64,000 nt of DNA from Felis catus (Eukaryota). The number at the start of each line of letters is the position of its first letter. Position 1 is the stretch's first letter. Shown here one piece after another: positions 51,096 through 63,602 of this stretch. A program made the position numbers and the translations under genes. The DNA lies in assembly GCF_018350175.1 (NCBI RefSeq), contig NC_058373.1, positions 114,516,001 through 114,580,000 on the forward strand. The letters run 5' to 3'. The notes under the pieces are model-generated. The model was given only the letters and a program-made list of their open reading frames with translations, was not told the DNA's origin and searched no databases.

Positions 51096-52559
51096 CAAGG
51101 CTATTTTGATGGCAGACCAACTGTGGAAGCAGTACCATTTGTATTCATGTAAATAGATGGTCCTCAGTTCAGTTCATCACTACAACTGTGCCTTGTTCTT
51201 GGCCTGACATTCCCTCCTATTGTTTCCAAGTATGCCCTTGACTTGAGGGAAGGGTGTGGGGACAGCCATGGAAGAGAAATGGAAGGGGAGTAGAAGCCAG
51301 AAAAAGGTCTCTGTTAGCAGCAGAAAGCCAACAGAGAGGGACCAAGCAGGTAAGGCCTGCCTAGAGGGCAGACTCTCCCTGAGGAGCTGTGGTCGAGGCA
51401 ATCCCAGCTCATTCCTGCTTTTGGTTCCTTTCAGCCTGTTATTCCTCTCTGGCTGAGGGCCAGGGCCAGGAGGCCAGCCCTTCCTCATGTCCCCAGCTAA
51501 AGGCTATGGGCGCTGAGGCTACACGCAATCCCTGTAAGGCTAGGTTAAATTAAATTAGACAAGAATTCAAAATCTTACAAGAAGAAAGGTAGCAACAGAG
51601 GCAGTATCGCTCCACCAGCTTCCTTTGGCTCTGCAGAATTCTGGAAGAGGTGAGGAGGATGCCTGCCTTAACCCCTGGGAGGTAAGATCTCACTGGAAAG
51701 TTGGATTTCTTACCCTATTACAAGAGAGCTTACATCACAGTTCTAGAAGAATGCACTTCTAACAATCCAGGGCAATCAAGAGAGAATATTTACAGATATG
51801 GGCCTCTCCTGGTTCTGAACCAATCTGTGTCACCAGGGCCATATCCTCACATGGGGGCTAAGCAGAGTCAGAACCCGGGAGTACCTGAGTATTTTCCACA
51901 CCCAGCTTTCCAGCATTGCAGACAGCACATCCCACACAGATACTTTTGACACAACGAATTCAGCATTGTTGGGGGCGACAGGTAACACCTTCCAAACGGG
52001 GCATACTGCAAAGACTGCTGCTCCCTTGTTGTCCCTGCTGGGACCCCAAGCTCAAGGAACCCTCGTGAGTCAAGGAGAGTGGCCGTGTCCAGAGGAAGCA
52101 AGAAGCAGTTGGGCAGTGGCTTGAAGTCCATCTCCGGGACATGTGACACCTTGGGCTAGTTACTGAGCTTCTCTGGGTTTAAATCCTCCTCCTCTCACAG
52201 TGGTTCTCAACCCTGTGTACAAGTCACTTGAGAAACTTCAAAAAAAAAAAACCAACTATGCTTTTATCCATTGGACTGATGGATAAAACCAGACTCTCTG
52301 GGCATTGTAGGTTAGAGATGTCCCCGATGATTCTAAAGTGTTGTGTCCATCTTTTCTAATCTGCCTGGGTTACAACCAGATAACCAAGTATGTTAGGGTG
52401 TAGTGGGGTGTGGAGAGTGGTGGTGATGAGGCTGAGTCTTTGTGGTTCCAGCATTCACACTGGAGCCACAGAAGCAAATTACAAGGAGGCAAATTTTAGT
52501 CCAGACAAGAAAGAAATTTCTAACCTCTTCTGAAATTGCCTTCATGACCAGACTATGAA

Positions 52560-52695
52560 CCCCACAAGATGATCAGTCTTGTGCAAATTGATGCTGAACA
52601 TGCCTAATTTTGCCAAGTTGGATGAATTACCCAGATTAGTAGACTTTGCTCCAAATAGCTTTTGGCTGTTTCAAAAAATCAAGTTCATTCCCAAG
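52560..52695 (+). mobile_element. Ancient mariner (MARNA-like) transposase fragment
   Basis: 52642-52683 translates DFAPNSFWLFQKIK, a degenerate form of the mariner YSPDLAPxDFWLFPKLK motif. Confidence 0.55.
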
Positions 52696-53904
52696 AGTTA
52701 TTGCAGGGCCACTTACTACAAGTTCCTTAACCTCTCTGAGTGTCCCTGCCTTCCTCCCAAGGACGGTTGGGATGGTTGTCCACACACCTCGCTGTGGGGA
52801 GATTTCAAGAGCATCACGAAGGCATGTGAAAGTTTCTGATTCCTGTGGCTGAACCTGAATGACAGCGAATCCTCATACCATCAGTGAGGACCTGAAAGGA
52901 CAGCATTTATTCCAACTTCTGAACATCATTCTAACTCTGGAGTGGGGAGCTTTGGGCCAGGGTTTGAATCCCAGCTTTATCACCTAGTAGTCACATGACT
53001 TCATCTCTCTAAACCTCAGTTTTCTCATCTGTTAATGGGACTGTGAGGGTCAAATGAGAAATACCCATAAGGCTCTTAGCACAGAGCCTAACATTTGTAA
53101 ATGCTCCATAAATGTTGACACCTTACTATTATTATCACCTTGGATGTCGATCTGAAGCCCGCCCAGGTGACCGTGTTGAAGGGGACAACGCTTACTTGGA
53201 TGTGTAAGTCTGGAATGTTCATTATGAAAGCCATCCCACTACTCTGTGGTTACAGCTCATGGATACGTTTGTTGACTTCCATTCAAAATCAAGTCTCAGG
53301 TCCTTGGCTCAGGAGCTCCGCTCCCGTAGAGCGCGCCTGGGCGTGAGAACAGAAGCCAAGGCAAGTGTTTGCTTTGGAACAAAGAAGGGACAAGGATGGA
53401 TTTCTGGAGGCGTTCGCCATTTCAGAGCAAGGAGTCATCTGTTTCTCATAAGATGGAGTGCAGGCAGCAGAATCCATTTTTCTGAACTCTCTAGGATAGC
53501 TCATTACTAGTCTGGCCACAGCTCCTGTGGGCCAGGAGAGTGGCTGAAGTAGGACCGGACCCCACCACAGCCAGGCCTAGACTTTGCAAATGGACTTGAA
53601 TTTCTTTTGAGTCTTTAAAGTTTTTGCTAAAAGAAGTTGCAAATGGCTCGCATCCTCTCCTCCATAGCTAGATTGGGGGGGGGGGAGGGGTGTCGGTGGG
53701 GAAGGTATCCAGGTGAGCAGTCCTGAGTCACTGGTCCTGGAAGATCCTGCCATAGCACTGATTTAAATTCCTAAGAAGGCTTTAACCTCTCGGGTCCCTC
53801 ACTGTGGGATTCAAGAAATTGCTCTCCTGGGGCCGCGGAAAGCATCAGCCTGGCTGCAGAAAGTGCTGTGTAGAGCCATGCCTCAGACAGAGGCAGCCAT
53901 CTTT

Positions 53905-54515
53905 TTTTTTTTTTTTTTAATATATGAAATTTATTGTCAAATTGGTTTCCATACAACACCCAGTGCTCATCCCAAAAGATGCCCTCTTCAATGCCCATCA
54001 CCTACCCTTCCCTCCCTCCCACCCCCCCATCAACCCTCGGTTTGTTCTCAGTTTTTAAGAGTCTCTTACGCTTTGGCTCTCTCCCACTCTAACCTCAATT
54101 TTTTTTTCCTTCCCCTCCCCCATGGGTTTCTGTTAAGTTTCTCAGGATCCACATAAGAGTGAAACCATATGGTATCTATCTTTCTCTGTATGGCTTATTT
54201 CACTTAGCATCACACACTCCAGTTCCACCCACATCGCTACAAAGGGCCATATTTCATTCTTTCTCATTGCCACGTAGTACTCCATTGTGTATATAAACCA
54301 CAATTTCTTTATCTATTCACCAGTTGATGGACATTTAGGCTTTTTCCACAATTTGGCCATTGTTGAGAGTGCTGCTATAAACATTGGGGTACAAGTGCCC
54401 CTATGCATCAGTACTCCTGTATCCCTTGGGCAAATTCCTAGCAGTGCTACTGCTGGGTCATAGGGTAGGTCTATTTTTAATTTTTTGAGGAACTTCCACA
54501 CTGTTTTCCAGAGTG
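53905..54515 (-). mobile_element. 5'-truncated felid L1 (ORF2 C-terminus, 3' UTR, poly-A)
   Basis: TSD gaggcagccatcttt at 53890-53904 and 54516-54530; minus-strand peptide WKFLKKLKIDLPYDPAVALLGI...CTPMFIAAL...KPKCP is L1 ORF2p C-terminus; poly-T at the left end. Confidence 0.95.
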
Positions 54516-55283
54516 GAGGCAGCCATCTTTAACAAGGGCCAGGTGCTTTCCCTGGGGGGGGTTGTTTCTCCCCATTGAACTCCCATATTTGCGTCCTCCT
54601 CCTCGTACCACCACCACCTCACTAAACTTGCCTCTTTCCAAAAAAAAGACACTTACAGCCCAGAGGTTAGTTTTCACGTTACTTATTTACTTTTATTATT
54701 TTGTATTAGAGTCAAGGCATAGACTAAGGGAGGGGCCCTACCAGATGCCGATATTCCCAAATGTTTCTTTCCTGTCGCATGGCACCAAGGGGGACAATTC
54801 GTGGTAAATGAGCAAGGCACCCTCCCCACCCCCACCCCCCACCACAAGATGGAGGCAGCTGGTGGCAGTGGTGAGGAGAAAGTGTGGCTGCCACAGCTTG
54901 TGGCAAATGGAAGGTGGATGCCAGAAGCCGTCAGTACCACATCTCTCAACAACCCCAAATTACTGCCCCAGGATCTACACGGAAGGAGCCGAGGAGTGTG
55001 GAGAGACAGAACTCATAATACTTGCTGCCTACTTCCATAGGGAGCTATTGACCTCACTGTTATGCCCCAGAGATCCACGGGAAGGTCTGGTCCGGTGGCC
55101 TTGTCTGCCTTTGCCAAGAATGACCATCTTGTTAGGGGAGGGCAAGAAGCGAACGTTTAGTGAGCTCTTTCCGTGAACCACATTGGGCTCAGAACCTGCC
55201 GTACGTCCTCTCGTCACATCTGCCCCACAACCATGTGAACGAGGCGTCTTTCTCCCAGAGGAGGGGAAACTCAGACTCAGTTT

Positions 55284-55670
55284 GTGTGTTAGCTAGGATA
55301 GGCTAGGCTGTGCTGTGGTAACAGTGTCAAGAATGTCAGCGGTTTTATGCGGTTACAGAATATTTCCCACTCACCAGCAGCCTTCCGTGCAGTGACTCGG
55401 GGACCCCGGCTGCTTTGACCTTTTCGCATCCCGCGTCAGCACAAGTTTCTGGCACAGCATGTCGCCACCGGGCCTCCTCCACAGCATGGCGGGGCAAGAG
55501 GGAGCCTAGAGACGCAGGCATGCCTTTCTCACCGCCTGGAAGTGTGCTTCCTCTGTCATTCCATGTGCCAGCAACTAGTCCCACGACCCCGCCCAAGCAC
55601 AGGAGCGCCGAGCCTCCCATGTTCCGGGAGGGCGACGAGGACTGGACAGTGGTGAGCGGAGAGGACGGTG
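55284..55670 (-). mobile_element. Old MaLR LTR (MLT1J/K/L-like)
   Basis: tgtgttagctaggataggctaggctgtgctgtggtaaca terminus. A similar old LTR lies at about 59700-60180 (gcagccatcttataaccatgagg). Confidence 0.5.
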
Positions 55671-56011
55671 ACCACAGGACATTTAACGACCTCCAAGTAG
55701 TAAATGGCAGAGCGAAGGTGTTCCGCAACTCAAGAAACTGAAACCAGGAAGGTGAAAAGACTTGACTTGCTCAGAGCTAGTCACCGAAATACTCACACCA
55801 GGACTTGGTTCTTCCAAACTCGAAGCCCTTCCTGACACACACAACTCTCCGTGAAAGAGCACCCTTTTCCCCAAATTATCTCCTCTCCTCTACCTACTCA
55901 CCAATGCCTCAAATCCCACCAGCAGGATATTGTGTCCTCATCAATGCATACAAAACCATTAAAGTGCCACATCGTGTAGCCTTAGGTTTAAGAACACTTG
56001 AGAGAATGGAG

Positions 56012-56247
56012 GGGGGACCTGGGTGGCTCAGTCGGTTGAGCGTCCGAATTTGGCTCAGGTCACGATCTCGTGGTTCATGAGTTTAGCCCCGCATCAGGCT
56101 CTGTGCTGACAGCTCAGAGCCTGGAGGCTGCTTCGGATTCTGTGTCTCCCTCTCTCTCTGTCCCTCCCCAACTCAGACTCTGACTCTCTCTCTCTCAAAA
56201 ATAAAATAAAAACATTAAATTTTTTTTTAAAAAAAGAAGAAAGAAAA
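56012..56247 (+). mobile_element. Can-SINE
   Basis: 22-bp TSD aagaacacttgagag(a/g)atggag at 55990-56011 and 56248-56269. Confidence 0.94.
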
Positions 56248-56631
56248 AAGAACACTTGAGAGGATGGAGAGATCAGGGTGAATGGGAGAGTCCGGGAAAG
56301 GTGCCCTGAGAAGCCACTGGCCTTGGTGAGATGTGGAAAAAGGAGAAATCCATTCCAGATGAAAATTCATTCCTAATTTTCTTTCCTCTGTTCTATTTTT
56401 ACTGCATTTAAAAATTTGTAGAGTGCCTTCCATTTACTATTCTATTTAACTTTCCGAACAATTCTGTTAGGGAATTGAGAGGTTAGTCAGATATTTCTTC
56501 CCATTTGACAAAAAACTGAAACTGACATAGTATAAAGTGGTTTATCTAACATCAGAGCAAAGCAAACCAAATAAAGAAGCAAAAATGTTAAAAAGAAATA
56601 ATCAGCAATCCTTGTGTGTATAAATTAATAC

Positions 56632-56822
56632 TTTTTAAAGTTTATTTATTTATTTTGAGAGACAGAGAGCAGAGGAGGGGCAGAGAGAGGGAGACACAAT
56701 CCCAAGCAGGCTCTGCATTGTCAGAGCAGAGCCCAACATGGGGCTCGAACTCACAAATGAGATCCTAACCTGACCCAAAATCAGAGTCAGCCACCTAACC
56801 AACTGAGCCACCCAGGGACCCC
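56632..56822 (-). mobile_element. Can-SINE
   Basis: Antisense head; flanking attaatac repeats. Confidence 0.9.
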
Positions 56823-56999
56823 TCGATTAATACATGTTACAAAAATCAAGTGCTTGATATGAAATATTTCAGAGATACAATGGAATTCACATAATGCATG
56901 TATGATATTTAGAATAATAAAACACTGTTATCTACCACCCTCTTATTACTAGGTTCTAAAACATTAGGTCACTTTAAATTTTAAAAATGATATACACCA

Positions 57000-57445
57000 G
57001 GGGCACTTGGATGGCTCAGTTGGTTGAGGGTTTGACTTCAGCTCAAGTCATGATCTCTCATGGTTCCTGGGTTCCAGCCACTCATCAAGCTCTGGTGCTG
57101 ACAGCACAAAGCCTGCTTGGGATTCTCTCTCTTTCCCTCTCTCTCTCTGCCCTTCCCTGACTTGCACTTTCTCTCTCTCTCAGAACAAATGAATAAACTT
57201 AAAAAAGAAATGATATATACTGGGGAACCTGGGTGGTTCAGTCAATTGAGCGTCTGACTTCGGCTCAGGTCACGGTCTCGTGGCTGGTGAGTTCAATTCA
57301 CGCGTGGGACTCTGTGCTGACAGCTCGCACCCTGGAGCCTGCTTCAGATTCTGTGTCTCCCTCTTCTTCTGCCCCTCTCCCCCTTGCACGCTCTCTCTCC
57401 CTCTCAAAAATAAACATTAAAACCAATTTAAATGTAAAATAAAAT
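57000..57445 (+). mobile_element. Two head-to-tail Can-SINEs (57000 to about 57206 and 57222 to about 57445)
   Basis: Two complete heads, bodies and tails. Confidence 0.92.
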
Positions 57446-58675
57446 TATGTATACCAATATATATATAGCCAAAAGTTAAATCATGCAGACGATGGGAACT
57501 TTAAAGTCCCTTTTCTCATCGTGTCAACCTCTGAATCCCACGCCCCTGGAATAACAACCATTGACAATTGGACACATGATCCTGTATATGTTCATTTTGG
57601 AAAACAAGCCAGTCATATATGTGGGGGGTGGTAATCAAAAGTCATAAAAATGTCTCTAACTTTTGGTCCTGTCACCCTAGTGTGGGAATTTATCCCAGGA
57701 AAAGACCCCGCAGGCTTCTGTCTTTTCCTAGAAATGGCCAAGCTCATTCCCAAACGAGTCTTTGCCCTTGTTGTTTTCCTCTGGAACTCTGTTTCCCCAG
57801 ATTTGCTTATGGTCGGATGTCCACTTAAGTCTCAGCTCAAATGCCACCACCTCTGAGAGGCTGCCCATGGTCACCTGTCTAGACCTGCTCCCTCTCCCCA
57901 TGGAACCTTGTGGCACGCAGTAGGAATGCACATTTTAGTTCAGAGGATAAACATCCACTCGTGAAAACAGCACCTGGGTTACTTAGGTAAGGGATGTTAT
58001 TTGACTCACCTTGGGACCCTGGCAGGTACTTCTGCAAAGAAAGAGTTCTTGCTGGCTTTCAAGACTCCAAAAAACCGGCTGAGTGGGAAGTCAGGCCAGC
58101 CTGTGACTGCAAACGGGAGAGTTACCCTCCCACTAAAGCATTTTCCTTCTTGGCTTCTAAAACAAAGAAGAGGTAAAGAAAATTCAATGGGTGAGAGTCT
58201 GTCAAAATAACACCTAGGCAACACTTAATTAAGATGAATAATTTCAACACTCTCAAGGCAGACAATGGAAACATTAAGAGTTTCCACCAAAACATAAACT
58301 GGGCCAAGTGGGCGGGGTCTCCAGAAGTTTCCATGAAAATTCCCAGTTGGGGGAGTGGGGGAGAGGTTTCTTGCTTAGGGATGGGGGGGAGGACGGTGGG
58401 GGGTTTGGGGTGGAGGGGGGTGGGGAGTGGGGGTTAGGGAGAAGATGGGAGAAAGGGAAGCCTGGATCAGAGTTCCACAAACACATGCTAAGTTGTTTGG
58501 GCTGAAGAACTCTAACTTTTCTCCTTATAGCAAAATAAAATATGTTTACTACAGAGGAGTCAAAAGAAAAATCAAAACCTCACATAATCCTACTACTCAG
58601 AAAGGCAATATTTATGTAATGTCTTCTTACAGTGGTTATTTTATTAGCACACATATACTTTAAATTAAAAAAATA

Positions 58676-58795
58676 ATTTTATTTATCTATTTTATTTTAA
58701 TTTTGTTTTGTTAAGTAAGCTCTAGGCCCAATGTAGGGCTTGAACACAAGAGCCTGAGATCAAGTGTCACACACTCTAAGTTAGCCAGGCACTCC
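58676..58795 (-). mobile_element. Short old Can-SINE inside degraded L1 sequence
   Basis: ttagccaggcactcc antisense head; T-rich tail. Confidence 0.75.
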
Positions 58796-58994
58796 TTTTA
58801 AATTTTTTAATGTGATTATACTATACACTGCTCTATAAAGTGCTTTTTTTTTTACTTAATAACATATTGTGAACATTTTCCCATGCCATTAAATACCACC
58901 CAACATTGTCATTTTTTTTTATGGCTGTATAGTATCACATTGTATGGCTGTGTCATATAAGCAATGCCCTCTCATTGAAAATGTAAGTTCCTGA

Positions 58995-59191
58995 TTTTTT
59001 TTTAATGTTTACTTATTTTTGAGAGACAGAGAGTGCGGGAGAGGCAGAGAGAGAGAGAGGGAGACAGAAGACCCGAAGCGGGCTCCGCGCTGACAGCAGA
59101 GAGCCTGATGTGGGACTTGAACCTACAAACCAGGAGATCATGCCCTGAGCTGAAGCCAGATGCTTAATCAACTGAGCCACCCAGGCACCCC
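58995..59191 (-). mobile_element. Can-SINE
   Basis: Antisense head; flanking gttcctga repeats. Confidence 0.9.
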
Positions 59192-61149
59192 AGTTGTTCC
59201 TGACTTTTATAAGCAATTTATCAATGACTATTTCTGAAATGCATACATGATTATTTCCCTAGGACTAATTCCCAGAAGTGGAATTTCTGTGTACATAAAA
59301 TTCTAAGGGTTTTTCTATGCACCTGCTATGGACAGCACATTTGTTAGTTTGAGGAGCATTGATCGGTGGGGTCTGCTACCTTAATACTTGTTTTCTCCAC
59401 CTACACTTTTACTGAGTGTAGTGACACCGAGTGAGGAACAACGCACAGTTTACATTCCGATGGGAATTTCTGCCTTCCAAGAAGCTTGTGTTTTAAAGAA
59501 AACCTTTTTGATTTCTGATCCGGGCAAACCTAAAGCAAATCAATTAAACAGAAAGAATGATTAACTAATTGGTCAAGTAAATTAAAAACAGAAAGCTAAT
59601 AGAAGATCTGGACCTTTCCTGTTTGCTTGTGTTAAATAATTAGTTAACTAATTACTTAGTTATTTTATGTGTTAAGTTTCCACATGTGCATTTGTACTTC
59701 AGATGTGTCTTTTAGGGCAGACACCGCTGACTACCTGCCCAGTAACCCTTTTCAGTCCTCTTCTCCACTTTCTGCTTCCCCCCGTGGACAATGAAAAACC
59801 CCAAAACTCACTTTCCGAGTCTCCCCAGCAGCTAAGGGTGACCCATCTTTGCCCCGTGAGAACCAAGGGGACATCTGTTGCAAGGATCTAAGAAAGGTTT
59901 TTCCCCGCTTGACAAAAGAAGTCAAAAAGCAAACTCTTAGTGCATTGGCCCTGCACCTCATTCCCAACCTCTGAACGCTGTCATGTGGGTGAATGATTCC
60001 AGGAGCTGTGGCAGCCATCTTATAACCATGAGGCGACAAGCCTAAGGATAAAAACAAAAAACAAAAAACTCTAATAATCATTTGTCTTCAATTACATCAG
60101 GGGGTTGCTGAGCCTACCCTGGAATCTAACTCCCAAAATAAATATCTTTACGGTTTAAGTTAGGGTTCTTAAAGTTTGTGGCTAAGTTAGCATGTTAGGA
60201 TCACCTGGGAAGGTTTACAATTCTTGATGCCCAAGCCATAGCTCATACCAGTAAAGTCAGCATCCCAGGGAGGAGTGGGGAAGGTAGGTGGTAATCAGGC
60301 ATCAGAACTTTTAAAAATCTGCTGATTCCAAGGTGTAGCAAATTTGAGAACCTGTAGCATAAGCCAGTGCTTCTCAGACTTTAATGTGCTTATGAATCAT
60401 CCGGGAATTTCACTAAACTAAGACTGATTCGGTAGGTCTTAGCTTCTATAGCCTTAGCAAGATCCTAGTTGATGTTGATGTTGCTGGTTCAGGGACCATA
60501 CTTTTGAGTAGCAAGCATCACTGTCCAATTGGCCTAAGGCATCCTAACTGGTACATCCTTTTTCTAGATGTCGAAGTCATCCTCATTTCACTGGTGTGGG
60601 AGGAGGTGGCCCTTTGGGAAGGGGGAGACAGCAGGAGGGCCTTCACCCTGCCAGAGGCCTGTTAGCCCCTCTGTGTCACCAGGCCCCCAGCCGGAGCTGA
60701 TGGGCTCCTAAGTGAATGCTCATCCAGTAGCAAGCGAACTCCTGGGCTGCAAGGCTGTAGACTGCTGATGTCCCATCCCCTGCCAAGCCAGCTTTTCCGA
60801 CCAGACCCACCCAGGCATAAGCAGTCTTGGCCAAAAGGGCTCTAACTAGAGCTCACCCTTCATTTTGGGGCCTTCCTCCACCAGCCTCCATCTCGGCTCT
60901 GCTCTTGGCTGATAGTGAGTGGGTGGCGCTTAAGGTAGCATCTTTCTCTTTGGTTGCTAACAGTCAGCCTTCCAGAAACAGTCAAGGTGAAATTTCAGGC
61001 CAGAGAGGAAGAGCACCGGCCGAGGCCCTCCAACCCCTTCAGGGTTGCCTGAGTATTTATCCTTCCTTCTCTCTTTCCTTCCAGTCTCAGGGAGGACGTG
61101 CCAGCCTCCCAACTAACACCGTGGTCCCCTGTCCACCTCTGCGGTTCTG

Positions 61150-62420
61150 AAGTCCCTCGGCAAGGTCATCAGTGACCACCCAGCTTCTCCATCTTCTGCT
61201 CGCAGGTCCAAACGGCTCGTCTACGGTTCCATTTCCCTGTTCCCTTGTGTAGCAACGTCCCTAGAGGAGATTCGTCTGCCCTAGCATCTCGGTCCCCTGC
61301 TGTCCTATTCAACCTGTGCTCACTCTTCTGAGGCCTCGGTCCCCACCGCCCCGCTGAAGCTCTCTTGTCCAGCTCACCCGTGACCTCCAACGTGCCAGTC
61401 CAGACTGCCAGCGGTTTTTGGCACAGTCGAGCCTCCCCTGTCCTGCCGGTGTGCCTTCCTTTGGTCAGTACAGCTCATCTTTCCTCTCTGCCTCCTCTCT
61501 TTCAGTCTCCCGGGCTGGTTCCACCTCCTCTCCCTGGTAGAGGCCCAGGGTTCAGTGCTCACTTCCCTCCCCTTCCCTTCTAAGTTTCTCCAGGGATCCC
61601 ATCTCTCCCGTAACTGTCAGCCCCACCCGCAAGCCATGCCCAACCCCAGACACGAGCCTCACGGCTTCAGCTGCATACTAATATCTCCACGGGGGTGGCC
61701 CACGGGCACCTCAAACGTCACGTGTCTCAAGCGGAATTCTCAACGTCCCCTCACCGGCACCGTTGACCTGGAAGCTCATGAGGCAAACCTAGGAATCCGC
61801 CTTGCCTCCTCATTCCTCACACCTGCCTCCATTCCATCATCAAATCCCATCAGCTCAACTTCCATAGTATGTCAGCAGCTTTCGAATCCCTTGCTCTGGG
61901 CGCCTCCGAAGCCAGCCCCTGGCCTCCTGTCGGTCACATAGAGAAAGCTGGGTTCCACGGGCCCAGAGCTGCGGCCCTGCCTACCTCTGCACCCCCGGGT
62001 GCCACCACACTCTCCTTTCCAAAGCTGCAGCCGCGTTGACCTCCTCATCATGCCTCCAGTTCCTTCTCACAGCAGGACCTCTGTTCCTTCCCCCAAATCT
62101 CCTTGTCCCACTCTCTTCCCTCAGGCCTCTGCTCAGGTCAGGGTCTTCTCTTCAGAGGCCTCCCCAGCCCACAAGTAGAAATAGCTCACCTTTCCACTCC
62201 ACTCACTCTCTCTCCCGTTATCCTGATTCATCTTTCTTCCTGACACCATTCGACTGGACTAGGTTCCATATTGGTTTGTTTATTGTTCTGTTGTCTGTTC
62301 CCCTTCTGGTATGTAAACTCCATGAGAGCAGGGCGTTGTTTGCTTCCTTCACAGCTAACTTGCAGAGCCAAGCTCCGTGCCTGGCACGTAGCAAGTGTGG
62401 AATGAATGAATGAATGAATG
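61150..62420 (+). mobile_element. L2 3' fragment
   Basis: Ends aaactccatgagagcaggg...gtgcctggcacgtagcaagtg...(gaat)n, the L2 terminus. Confidence 0.75.
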
Positions 62421-62857
62421 GGCCTGTGTTGCCTCGGGCACTTGACACATGCTGTGAGGAAGGTGGCTTGGCTCAGGCTAATCCACCTAAGAGACCACAT
62501 GTCTGCCTCAGAGCTGCTTCTAGAGAAGATGCCGGGACTGTTCCCATGTCCTGTGGTCCCCAGAGCCACGGCCGCCACCCCTGTGTCTGCCTCCCAGGGG
62601 TCGCTCAGCCAGCCCTGGGGGCCATTTGGACCCTGGTTTCTTTCATTGCCAGTCCTGGGTCTCCACAGGCCTAGATCAGAGCTGTGGACTAGGAGCAGGA
62701 GCTCTTCTGGGACTGAAAGCCACCCCCACACCCTCTCTACCCTCTCTGTCCTGCATCTGGCTTCCCTGGAGGATAGAGTGAGTCCTTTCAGCCCAGGCGG
62801 ACAGGTTAGAGAAGACTACCTTGGAGGCTGCCCTAGGGTGAACTGATTAGCCCCAGG

Positions 62858-62862
<5 letters not shown>

Positions 62863-62914
<52 letters not shown>

Positions 62915-63179
62915 TATATATATGTATATATATATGTGTATATATATACATATATATATACATACATATATATATATATTCATTTATTTTTGAGAGAGAG
63001 AGCACAAGTGGGGAAGGTGCAAGGTGCAGAGAGAGAGAAAGAGAGACATAGCATGTGAAGCAGGCTCCAGGCTTTTAGCTGTCAGCACAGAGCCCGATGT
63101 GGGGCTCGAAGTCACAAACCTCGAGATCATGACCTGAGCTGACGTCGGACGCTCAACCCACTGAGCCACCAGGTGCCCC
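62863..63179 (-). mobile_element. Can-SINE (62983-63179) whose tail has expanded into (TA)n/(CA)n (62863-62978)
   Basis: Antisense head ends at 63179; long TA run. A (GGAT)n run follows at about 63217-63251. Confidence 0.92.
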
Positions 63180-63320
63180 TGTCCCAGAAGTGCTTCAGAG
63201 GAAATAAACAGATAAATGGATGGATGGATGGATGGATGGATGGATGGATGGGTAAATAACAGCTCCTCTTGCCTCTCTATTTACTATCCTTGAAATTCTA
63301 CCCTTAGAAACTCATTCTTA

Positions 63321-63528
63321 GGGTGGCTCAGTCAGTTAAGCATCCAACTTTGGCTCAGGTCATGATCTCACAGCTCATGAGTTCGAGTCCCGAATCAGGC
63401 TCTGTGCTGTCAGCACAGAACCTGCTTGGGATTTTCCCTCCTTCTCTCTCTTTGCCCTTCCCTGGCTTGCATGCATACACAAGTATGCTTTCTCTCTCTC
63501 TCTCTCTCTCAAATAAATAACTAAACAT

Positions 63529-63583
<55 letters not shown>

Positions 63584-63602
63584 AAAGGAAAGAAAAGAAA
63601 AA
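63321..63602 (+). mobile_element. Can-SINE missing its first few bases, with a (GAAA)n tail (63530-63602)
   Basis: gggtggctcagtcagttaag head; (CT)n; GAAA microsatellite. Confidence 0.9.
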
